A DNA stretch of 64,000 nt from Raja brachyura. Its lineage: Eukaryota. Location: positions 7,936,001 through 8,000,000 of the forward strand of contig OY740817.1 of assembly GCA_963514005.1 (NCBI GenBank), in the 5' to 3' direction. This document shows, piece by piece, positions 50,674 through 62,269 of the stretch. The notes below the pieces were generated by a model. That model searched no databases. It was not told the DNA's origin and was given only the letters and a program-made list of their open reading frames with translations. Position 1 is the first letter of the stretch, and every line of letters begins with the position of its first letter. The position numbers and the translations under genes are program-made.

Positions 50674-52747
50674 CAGTGCCCTCCATGATGTTTGGGACAA
50701 AGACCCATCATTTATTTATTTGCCTCTGTACTACACAATTTGAGATTTGTAATAGAAAAAAAGTCACGTGGTTAAAGTGCACATTGTCAGATTTTAATAA
50801 AGGCCATTTTTATACATTTTGCTTTCACCATGTACAGCAGTGTTTATAAATAGTCTCCCCCATTTCAGGGCACCATAATGTTTGGGACACAGCAATGTCA
50901 TGTAAATGAAAGTAGTCATGTTTAGTACTATGTTGCATATCCTTTGCATGCAAAGACTGCTTGAAGTCTGCGATTCATGGACATCACCAATTGATGGGTG
51001 TCTTCTCTGGTGATGCTCTGCCAGGCCTGTATTACAGCCATATTTAGCTTATGTTTGTTTTGGGGGCTAGTACCCTTCAGTTTTCTCTTTAGCATATTAA
51101 AGGCATGCTCAATTGGGTTCAGATCAGGCGATTGACGACCACTCAAGAATTGATCATTTTTAGCTTTGAAAAACTCCTTTGTTGCTTTAGCCGTATGTTT
51201 GGGATCATTGTCTTGCTGTAGAATAAACCGCTGGCCCATAAGTTTTGAGGCATTTGTTTGAACTTGAGCAGATATGATGTGTGTACACATAGAATTCATT
51301 ATGCTGCTACCATCAGCAGTTATAGACAATAGGCAATAGGTGCAGAAGTAAGCCATTCGAGCCAGCACCACCATTCACTGTGATCATGACTGATCATTCA
51401 CATTCAGTACCCCGTTCCTGCCTTCTCACCATGTCTCCTGACTCCGCTATCTTTAAGAGCTCTATCTAACTCTCTCTTGAAAGCATCCATAGATTTGGCC
51501 TCCACCTCCTTCTGAGGCAGAGAATTCCACAGATTCACAACTCTCTGGGTAAAAAAGTTTCTCCTCATCTCTGTTCTAAATGGCCTACCCCTTATTCTTA
51601 AACTGTGGGCCCTGGTTCTGGACTCCCCCAACATCAGGAACATGTTTCCTGCCTCTAGCGTGTCCAATCCCTTAATAATCATATATATTGTAATAAGATC
51701 CCCTCTCATCCTTCTAAATTCGAGTATATATAAGCTCAACATATGACAGTCCCGCCAGTTGTATTATCAATGAAGATAAGTGAGCCAGTACTTTCAGCAG
51801 CCATACATGCCAAGACCATAACACCCCCACCACCGTGTTGCACAGATGAAGTGGTATGCTTTGGATCTTGGGCAGCTCCTTCTCTCCTCTATACTTTGCT
51901 CTTGCCATCACTCTGATATGTTAAACTTCGTCTCATCTGTCCACAAGACCTTTTTCCAAAACTGTAGTCGCTCTTTTAAGCAGTTCTTGGCAAACTGTAA
52001 CCTGGCCATCCTATTTTTGCGGCTAACCAGTAGTTTTCTTGCAGTGTAGCCTCTGAATTTCTGTACATTAAGTCTTCTGCGGACAGTGGTCATTGACAAA
52101 TCCACACCTGACTGCTGAAGAGTGTTTCTGATCTGTTGGATGTGTTTGGGAATTTTTCTTTGTTATAGAGAGAATTCTTCTGTCATCAGCTGTGGAGGTC
52201 TTCCTTGGCCTGCCAGTCCCTTTGCGATTCGTAAGCTCACCAGTGCTCTCTTTCTTCTTAATGATGTTCCAAACAGTTGATTTTGGTAAGCCTAAGGTTT
52301 GGCTGATGTCTCTAACAGTTTTATTCTTGTTTCTCAGTCTCATAATGGCTTCTTTGACTTTCATTGGCACAACTTTGGTCCTCATGTTGATAAACAGCAA
52401 TAAAAATTTGCAAAGGTGATGGAAAGACTGGAGGAAAGACTAGGTGCTGAGAACTCTCTTATACCTGCATTAAGGAGGGAATTAAACACACCTGAGCAAC
52501 TACAAACCCCTCTGAAGCCATGTGTCCCAAACATTATGGTGCCCTGAAAGGGGGGGGGGGGGAGACTCTGTATAAACACTGCTGTAATTTCCACATGGTG
52601 AAACCACAATGTATAAAAATGGCTTTTATTAAAATCTGACAATGTGCACTTTCACCACATGTGATTTTTTTCCTATTACAAATCTCAAATTTGTGGAGTT
52701 CAGAGGCAAATAAATAAATGATGGATCTTTGTCCCAAATATTATGGA
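50674..52747 (-). mobile_element. Tc1-family DNA transposon (defective), ~220-bp IR/DR terminal repeats
   Basis: TA|CAGTG start; IRs 50674-50890 and 52522-52747; transposase pieces HTH-GRPRK, WTDETKFN, QQDNDPKH, SPDLNPIEH; frameshifts and a nested CR1. Confidence 0.92.
51322..51755 (-). mobile_element. CR1 LINE nested in the Tc1 transposase
   Basis: ORF 51404-51742; CAGTT flanking repeat at 51317-51321 and 51756-51760. Confidence 0.9.
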
Positions 52748-54723
52748 AACATCAAGTACAAAGGCACTTTCTTATCTGAGCATTTGTTAATGACGAGCTA
52801 TGAGAAATGTGATTATTTTCTGAGCCAGATGCTGTAAAATCTTTAACATAATGTGCAGGCTATTCCCTCCACACCTTGCCAGTTCCTCCCAGGCGCCTCT
52901 TCAGCTTTTGGCCTAGGCTAGGATAAAAAGCTAGGATAACAACATTTAGTGAGTAATCTGTCTTGTGACAGTTAAGAGAAATTAACATTGAATGTGCTAT
53001 GGCAGACAAAAGTGCTGGAGAAACTCAGCGGGTGAGGCAGGCAGCATCTATGGAGCGAAGGAAATAGGCAAAATTTCGGGCCAAGACTCTTCTTGTGCTA
53101 TGTTCCATTTTCCTAATTTACAGAGCTTCTGGTCCCCCAAATAGCATCAGCAATTGAAAAGCTGACAAAAAGCAGCAAAGTACAAGTTGTGTGTCACACA
53201 ATGTACCGTTGAGTTGAGTGGGTATGGTCAGAAAAGGATTTATAAGCAGTTTTGCAGCAAAAGTCAGCCATGTCTGCAGGATCACGCTATAAACAAGCTT
53301 CAAATTCCAGCTCGCTTTTAAATAAAATCAACTTCAGCTCCGCTAAAATAAAACATCAAGTCTCTAGTGGGCAAAGTCCATTCAGGTCAAACTGCCTGTA
53401 TGTGGATTCGCTATTTATTATATTTCCCACCGATGAAAGTACTGGCTCATAATTAGCTGCACTTGTGCATCAGCTACCCAGCAGGTCAGGCAGCATCTGT
53501 GGAAATAGATTGGTGTCAGGTAGGCAGCCAGATCATAGACAATTGTGGACACAAAAATCTGCAAATGCTGATTTAGAGGGAAAAAAATAATGCTGGTTCG
53601 ACTCAACTGATCAGGCAGCATCTCTGGAGAAAATGGATAGGTGATGTTTCGGGTCGGAACCCTTATTGCGACAATTATGCATCGCTACATTTTTAGACCT
53701 ATTCATCACATAGAAACATAGAAAATAGGTGCAGGAGTAGGCCATTCAGCCCTTCTAGCCAGCACCGCCATTCAATATGTTCATGTCTGTTCACAACAAC
53801 CATTAGATAGTAAGGGCATGAACTGGGCTGATATTTAAAAAAAATGTTTTTATTTCACTATGCCAGTGTGCCCAGCCACAGTATGCCGAGTCACTCCTAA
53901 ACTGAGTATTCAGTACAGTTACATTTGAATACTAGGCTGGCGATGGTGCCTTGCAGCTTAGATCACCCAAAGTCATAGTACCTGCAGGAAGAAAACAGTT
54001 GTTGTATCAGTTTCATTTTCCACAGATGCCTGACCTGAATGTGTCCAACATTCTCTGCTTTTATTTCAGATTTTCAGCATCTACAGGTTCAGGAAGATAA
54101 ACTCGATAAGGAATGTTCTTCTTTTGTTCAGCTAGTGAGGATCAACTGTAGAAACCCTGTGTCTAACTGATCACTGGCCAGTCCTTTTTAGATTTTCCTC
54201 AACCTGGCGAGTAACACGCTGTCCTCTCTCCCCCACCCACCCACCCAGAGTCTGTTGATTTTACAGTCAAATAAGCATCTTATATCACTGGCAAACGGGA
54301 GAGCAAATTTTCCTTTCAAATAGAGAAATTCTATTTCATATGGGAAATATTACGACCTTATGTAGAAAGATCTTATAAACAGCAACATGTCAATGACTCA
54401 ATTATCTGCCTCAGTATGCTGATTGAGGGACCAGGGAGTATATTTCTTGCATTTTAAACATTGCCATGGTATTGCTTACATCCACTGGAAAGTACAGTAG
54501 GGGCCTGATTTAACATCTCATAAATATTCTAACTTGCAGACTGCGCATCTTCAGTATTGCACTTCATGGCCCACCTAGATTTTCATGTTTAATTCTCTGG
54601 AATTGGAAGCTACATAGATGAGTGTGTGCTGGTGCCAATGCCGCAGCTGAATGTTAAATGTTTATTTTGCTTTACACACTGCATGTTTAGTTTGCTTTAC
54701 ATAGTGTTCTTTTGTTTTTCCAG

Positions 54724-54768
54724 GCTAGTTTATACCGAGGTGGATACAGTCGTTTCGCTCCCTACTAA
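54724..54768 (+). CDS. RBFOX2: RBFOX2 terminal coding segment (ASLYRGGYSRFAPY*) with PY-type NLS
   Basis: tttttccag| acceptor; ends TAC TAA; matches the RBFOX2 C-terminus as recalled. Confidence 0.96.
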   Translation, partial: ASLYRGGYSRFAPY

Positions 54769-57700
54769 AAGTGATGTGAACTCCTGCAATGGGAACAGCC
54801 CCTTCCCAAGGCCTGGTTGTTGCAATATTACAAGTAGTGGAACTTTATAGCAACTCAACACGAAAAAAAATACACGAGAAAGAGAGGAAATCATTACACA
54901 AGAGACCTACTTTTTTATACCTCATTATGTTCTTCTAAACATGTATTTTTTTTCCTTATGTTTATGCCTTCATTTTTTTTTGTTCCAAAGATTGTGCAGA
55001 CAGTTTTTAACTGTGGTATAAAAGTGCATTTCTTTGTGTGTGTAGTGACATTTATAAAATCAGCCTCATTTGACAAAAGACAGTCAAGAAATTAAAAATA
55101 TTAGGCACAAAAGCAGTAGTAGAAACCAAAAGTGAAATTGGGTGCTCGTGGGAATCTGGTCCCAATGGTGTGTGTGTATGGAACAGCAGCGCCAAAGGAT
55201 TGTGGTTATAAAGAATCTTGATAGGAGAGAGAAAGGCAGACAGATTTGCCACTGAATGGGATCAGTCCAAAATGAGGAGGAGAGGTAGGGGAAAGCTGGA
55301 AATTACCCAAATGTGAGTTGATGGAAACAGTTTTATGTTGTGCTTTGATTTTTGTTGTGAGGATAGCAACAGTTTCCATCTATTCATCATTTCCAGAGGT
55401 AATCGGCATGTTAATTGTGCCTGTTTGTACCCAACTAAATGGTAGCAACGAATGAAATATAGGTTGCTATCAAATGTAAAGTGGCTGCAACGTTAACTTT
55501 TTGTCCATTTTTATCATTTGTTTAAGACTCTTAAGACCACACATGCCACCTCATCCTACCCTCTTCCCACTGGTATGTAAATTTATCTGAACAAATTTGT
55601 TTTTAAAATTATCTAGACTGAATGCATTAGGATCCCAGCAAATTCCAAATGGAGGTTTTATTGGAACCTCCTGGTGTAAATGGGGCAGGTTTACACTGCA
55701 CTGTCAGGTAGCACCATTGAGTAAAGTGATACAATCCAGAAGTGTTGGCACTAAATATATGCATGTTTTAATTGCATCAGGTTAATTGAATTGTATTACC
55801 CAATTTATTAGTTTTTTTTAATGTGACCGAGGATATTGCTCAGACTGGCTGACATTTTTGCATTCAGCAGAATTACATGCAAATTTAATGCAGTTTCTAA
55901 ATCAAACTTTCTGTTAACTCTAATTGTCATCATTGGATTTTGGCTGCTTTGTGATCTTTGTTTCATTTACCTCTGTCTTCGGTGAGTACCTAAACGAGCA
56001 GGGAGATGCTGCACAGAAAATGGTCATCTGGCGAAAGACGACTCCAGCTCTACCTCTGCCTGAGAGGTGCGAGCTGGAAGGAGCGATGCATATAGGCTGG
56101 GGATTGAGAGCTTGCAGCAGCAAAAGTGTGGAAGGATGGTCAGCCACACAGTAGTATCATGTAAAAAGAGGTATGAATTCCACAAAATGTCAGCTGGCAT
56201 TTCACAGGAATTCGTGTTGTTATTTCAGATGTTAAACTTTTTTAAGAAGTTAGCTGAGCAAATGTGTGAGGGTTAGTCACTGAGGCTGCAGGTCAGATTG
56301 ATTTATTGTGCACATCTGGGCCTGGCTTGGACCTATCCATTCTGCTCTGATGTTCCTGGGGCTTTGCTGTCTGTTTGAGAACCCTGTTATATCTCCACAC
56401 TGGGAGATCTGGGTTGAACGAAGTGTACTTCCACAGTTCAGACAGCACAGTTGTTGCCAGAGCTTCTGATCATGCAGTATCCCCCCCAACACAGTGTACA
56501 CTGCACCGGCTTAGTAAGCTATTTAAAGAAAATCAATCTTTGTTAAAAGAAAAAGGGACACTAGTCGTAGAGACCACACTGCCGCCCTTAAATTATGATT
56601 ATTTTTTTTGCAAGCCAAAGCATGGTTTGTCGCTGTATGACAATTATGTTTTTTGTATATAAAATATTTTAGTTGTCGTTATAATGGGGAAACATTCACA
56701 GAAAAGTCTCATCACAGAGGAAGGAAATTAAAATGGGAATGTGGTGTGGTGCTTGACAGCATCTCCTGATAGTGCTCCAGTTAGTTTAGTTGCGCATATA
56801 AAATGCTACCATAGAACGAAAACCTAAAAATCACAGATGGCTTGTATTAATGGGAGTTGCTATTCTGTGTCACACCAGATTCAATAATCGCTTTCATTCC
56901 TATGACTACAAATCATATTCTTTTACTTAGGTTAACTTTTATATTATAACCAGTGAACATGTTAGTAAGTTAGTACTGCAGCTGCACTCTACTCTATTGA
57001 CTACCAAGTAACCCAAGGGTATTGTTCTCGATCCTTGTCTTTGTTTTGTAAAAGCCTCAGAGCAGTTGTAGAATAGGCAGAATGTTTGGAGGGAACAATT
57101 TCTGAGTAGAGTAAATGTTTTTTTAATCCTCTTTTTATTTGTCAAAAAGACCTTCTTGCTTCTAGCAGGAATTGGCCATGTCCAGTCAACAGCTTGTCGC
57201 ATGGTAAAAGTCCAACAGCCCGTCCATCAGATCAGCTTCTATGGGACAGACCCGTTTTATTTGTTTTGTGTTGTGCATGCGTGTGTGTGAGTGTGTGTGG
57301 TTTTTTTTTGGACGGGACCCATGGCTGTATCCCGACTGGAATAGGAAACCCTTGGTTGTTAGCAGTAGGAGTCATTATCACAGCGGCATGGCTGACGCAG
57401 ATACTTGAACCATTTAACCATTTCAGCCTTTTTGTAAACAACATTAATTTCTTTCCATTTACTTCTAATACAGTTCACCCGACACAATCACAATCCCTTT
57501 TCCCCACCAACACCACCATCATCCTGGCCCCCCTTCCCCCCCAGGAAAACAAGGATAGGCTTCATCTTCCGCAGCTGGAAGGCTGTATGAACCTTGAAAG
57601 ATAAGAGAACTCGCTCTGCGAGCTCCGATCAGAGATGAGCGGTGGGATGGGGGATCTGGAAGTTGTGCTGTGGTGCAGGCGTGGGAAAGGGAATAAAATA

Positions 57701-58060
57701 GGAGAAAACACTAAACAGAATTTTCTAAAAAAAAAACATGCGCAGGTGGTATTTAATCTTGCTAGAAAGCTAGCATCAACACTGTCCTGACCCTGATCCA
57801 CCTTGTTTGTGAACGTTTCCCTGGAAGGTATGGTATATCGTATAGTAGCTTCATCACCGAGCAGTATTCATTGGGTTATAATTAGATATAATCATGAATG
57901 TTAAGTAGATAGGACATGGACTATTATTCCTTTTGTATTACTTCCCATGTATAAATTATTGATCTTGTTGCTGGCTTTTATAAACTCGAAGGAGGGCACA
58001 CCCTTCCCAACAGTAATAAAGCACTGTTTTTAAAATAAAACAAAAATGGTGAGAACACGT
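54769..58060 (+). other. RBFOX2: RBFOX2 3' UTR (approximate end)
   Basis: Follows the stop codon; no recognisable LINE/SINE until ~58350, unlike the introns; AATAAA pair near the end. Confidence 0.6.
58015..58039 (+). terminator. Candidate polyadenylation signals (AATAAA at 58015-58020 and 58034-58039)
   Basis: Two AATAAA hexamers, upstream TGTA elements, downstream GT-rich tract, located at the end of the repeat-poor block. Confidence 0.55.
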
Positions 58061-58394
58061 TCCGACTCTGCTGTATTTGTGCGTGACATAAGTTGGTGAT
58101 TGATTTGATCTCATTTGGTTGGAAATGAATTGTTTCCTGTATAATCATATCTTCATTCAACAAAGTTGTCTGTGGAACAGGAACTTTTGCTGCAGCCAAG
58201 AAGGATTTGTGTGGTGTGATCGGCAGTGGCTTGCTATGTTAAAGATGTACTGCTTATGCCCCTGCAATAGTACAAGCTGCTGCTTATGCAGGTTGTGTGT
58301 GTATGCTTGCATCAGTTCACCTCTCCATCTATGCAGCCTTCGCCTTCCTCAGATTAGGTGGACAAAAATGCTGGAGGAACTCAGCAGGTGAGTG

Positions 58395-58848
58395 GGAATT
58401 TCTGGAACGCGATGGATTGGAACGTTGCGGTTGCGGTGAATTTAAACCCAATATCGGCAGGAAAAACACTGCCGGTTCGTGTGGGGAATAAATTACCGTT
58501 TCGCAACATGAAATGTTGATTAAGGTCATCTAAACAAGCAGGTTTATATGTAAAAATAAACAGCTTTCACTTACTAGTCCCCTACGTAAAATCCATCCCC
58601 GTTGTCGGCGTTCACGGCATTAGGAGCTAATTTTTATTTTACTGCAGCGCTGAAATAGTAGGGCGATAAAAAATTTCACTTACCAGCAGTCGGAACGAAT
58701 CTTTAGCAAAAGATCGCATTCCTATAAAATATAATTCCGAATGGCAAGGGAAAACCAAATTTTAACCCCCCCCCCTCAACGGCGCCAAAGTCACGCACAC
58801 GGCCAGTGACAGAACTGCAGCACCGCTAAAGGTAAGTTTTGTAACATA
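58395..58848. mobile_element. Unclassified CpG-rich interspersed-repeat fragment
   Basis: CpG-rich block with abrupt edges; its end continues at 60381-60391 beyond the CR1 insertion. Confidence 0.4.
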
Positions 58849-60380
58849 GAACATAGAAATTAGGTACAGGAGTAGGTCATTCGGCCCTTCGAGGCTGCAC
58901 CGCCATTCAATATGATCATGGCTGATCACCCAACTCAGTATCCCGTACCTGCCTTCTCTCTATACCCTCTGATCCGCTTAGCCACAAAGGCCACATCTAA
59001 CTCCCTCTTAAATATAGCCAATGAACTGGCCTCAACTACCCTCTGTGGCAGAGAGTTCCAGAGACCCACCACTCTCTGTGTGAAAAAAGTCCTCATCTCG
59101 GTCCTAAAGGATTTCCCCCTTATCAATAAGCTGTGACCCCTTGTCCTGGACCTCCCCAACATCGGGAACAATCTTCCTGCATCTAGCCTGTCCAACCCCT
59201 TAAGAATTTTGTAAGTTTCTATAAGATCCCCTCTCAATCTCCTAAATTCTAGAGAGTATAAACCCAGTCTATCCAGTCTTTGTTCATAAGACAGTCCTGA
59301 CATCCCAGGAATCAGTCTGGTGAACCTTCTCTGCACTCCCTCTATGGCAATAATGTCTTTCCTCAGATTTGGAGACCAGAACTGTACGCAATACTCCAGG
59401 TGTGGTCTCACCAAGACCCTATACAACTGAAGTAGAACCTCCCTGCTCCTATACTCAAATCCTTTTGCTATGAAAGCTAACATACCATTCGCTTTCTTCA
59501 CTGCCTGCTGCACCTGCATGCCTACTTTCAATGACTGGTGTACCATGACACCCAGGTCGCGCTGCATCTCCCCTTTTCCTAATCGGCCACCATTTAGATA
59601 ATAGTCTGCTTTCCTATTTTTGCCACCAAAGTGGATAACCTCACATTTATCCACATTATACTACATCTGCCAAACATTTGCCCACTCACCCAGCCTATCC
59701 AAGTCACCTTGCAGTCTCCTAGCATCCTCCTCACAGCTAACACTGCCCCCCAGCTTAGTGTCATCCGCAAACTTGGAGATATTGCCTTCAATTCCGTCAT
59801 CCAGATCATTAATGTATATTGTAAATAGCTGGGTTCCCAGCACTGAGCCTTGCGGTACCCCACTAGTCACTGCCTGCCATTGTGAAAAGGACCCATTTAC
59901 TCCTACTCTTTGATTCCTGTTTGCCAGTCAGTTCTCTATCCACATCAATACTGAACCCCCAATGCCGTATGCTTTAAGTTTGTATACTAATCTCTTATGT
60001 GGGACCTTGTCGAAAACCTTCTGGAAGTCCAGATACACCACATCCACTGGTTCTCCCTTATCCACGCTACTAGTTACATCCTCGAAAAATTCCACAAGAT
60101 TCGTCAGACATGATTTACCTTTAGTAAATCCATGCTGACTTTGTCCAATGATTTCACCACTTTCCAAATGTGCTGCTATCCCATCTTTAATAACTGACTC
60201 TAGCAGTTTCCCCACTACCGATGTTAGACTAACTGGTCTGTAATTCCCCGTTTTCTCTCTCCCTCCCTTCTTAAAAAGGGGTTACGTTTTCTCTCTCTTA
60301 AAAAGGGGTTACGTTTGCTACCCGCCAATCCTCAGGAACTACTCCAGAATCTAAAAAGTTTTGAAAGATTATCACTAATG
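58849..60380 (-). mobile_element. CR1 LINE, ~1.5 kb, young, RT domain to 3' end
   Basis: ORFs with [55 protein letters not shown]; GTAACATA target-site duplication 58841-58848 / 60381-60388. Confidence 0.95.
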
Positions 60381-60405
60381 GTAACATACCTACTAAGATG
60401 GGATA

Positions 60406-60545
60406 GGTCTGAAGAAGGGTCTCAACCCAAATCGTCACCCATTCCTTCCCGTCAGAAGAAGGGTCTCGACCCGAAACGTCACCCATTCCTTCTCTACAGA
60501 GCTGCTGCCTGTCCCGCTGAGTTACTCCAGCACTTTGTGTTTATC
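60406..60545 (+). mobile_element. Penelope-derived element with two tandem hammerhead motifs (both mutated)
   Basis: ctgaagaagggtctcaacccaaatcgtc and cagaagaagggtctcgacccgaaacgtc, 44 nt apart. Confidence 0.75.
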
Positions 60546-62269
60546 TTGGGACAAGATATGCCTGGCTGAGTGGGTGGGTGCATAGCTGGGCACTTGTTTC
60601 GCCATTTATTCTGGGTTGTCGCATGGACTCGAGGTTCTCAGTGCTATCCTGACAGCTCCTTCTCCACTTTGAATGGTTATGAGCCGGAGATACCAAAGAA
60701 GAGGAGGGGGGTTACATATTTTTTCCAGGGGTCCATAAAACATAATTGAATGTCCCATCCGCCGATGATTCCGTATTCTGTTACAAGAAGTGATTGAGTC
60801 TTGTTTTGCAATCTAGTGTCAAGTATGCAAATGGCATGGCTGCAAAAGCTGAGGTGACAGAGTATAATTAGGTCCACAAACTTTTATTTGCCTGAATCCT
60901 CACCCACCAACAAAAGGAGCAATTTATAGAAGTCAATCAACCTATCAACATCTTTACTTTATAAGGACAAACTGCAGCATGTTGAGAAAATCCAGGCAGT
61001 CACGAGGAGAATGTGAAAAGCCCTTACCGAGAGCACCCAAGATCAGGAGCAAACCATCTCCCTAGAGCTGTGAGGCAGTAGTGCTAACTAAGTGCCTCTT
61101 TAACAATGTACAAAATGGTAACAGGAATAGATCGAGTAAACGCACAGTCTCTTTCCCAGGTAATTGAGAACCAGAGGACATAGGTTTCAGGTGAGAGGGG
61201 AAAAATTTAATAGGACACGGAGGGGAGATCTGGGTTGAACGAAGTATACTTCCACAGTGCAGACAGCACAGTTGTTGCCAGAGATTCGGATAGTGGAGCG
61301 ATCTATGGTCACACAAATGAAGACTAGGCTAATAAATGGCAAGTGACATTCACATCACCCTCGCCCAAGAAATGACCATCTCCACTAAGAAGAAACCTGA
61401 CCCCCCCCCCCCCCCCCCCCCCAACATTCTTGTGAGAGGTAATGGATTCCAATGAATTGTGTGATCGCTGGACAGCACGGACTCGGTGGGCCGTGGGGCC
61501 TGTTTTTGTGCTGTATCACTAAAATCATTGCATTGTGAATTTAGGATAGTGTATTGTACAGGTAAAGTTTGAAAGGTGGAACATAATTTGTTTATCAATT
61601 GTAAACAAGGTGTGAAGCAGCGGATAAGGAGCAGTACGGAGTGATCCAGGTTCTTGGTTCTGGCAGCCTCGCCGCTTTTAAGCAGTCTGTAGCTCATTCT
61701 CTCACACTGCCAGTCTTGTGAGAGGTAATGGATTCCAGTAAGTAGCCAGAGGTACTTGAACAGTGCGGTAAATTGGTGGAGCTAAAATATTTATAATTAA
61801 ATACAGAATAAATGTTTGGAGTTGCTTGGAGAATTAGCTGCTTCTTGGAACAAGATAAACGAGATTTTCTTTTGGAAATTATAGATTTTTAAATGCTGGC
61901 ACTCTGGAGCTGTAAGTATATTAGGCAGAATGCTAAAGAGAACTAGAAATGTCAGGAATACTCAGCAGGTCAGGCAGCATCTGCCAAATCTACCTCTCCT
62001 TGACTGGATTCACATGTCGCTTGCTAGTTCTTGCCCCACCCTTTTCTAAAAGCATTTTCCCCTCCACTCCTTCAGGCTGAAAAAGAGTTCCATCCTGAAA
62101 CATTGTCTGTCCATTTCCCTCTACCAATGCTTCTTGACCGACCTGATTTCTGCCAGCAGTTTGTCAAAAAAGACACAAAGTGCTGGAGTAACTCAGCAGG
62201 TCAGGCAGCAGCTCTGGAGAACATGGCTAAGTGGGAATTTAGGTCGGGACCCTTCATTTACACTACTGT

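Noticed and set aside
61423-61444. AAC ATT CTT GTG AG..gtaatg (NILVR) resembling the end of shark myoglobin exon 1
   Set aside because: Formed at the junction of a LINE fragment and the 24-bp duplication; upstream is poly-C and no other globin exon is readable
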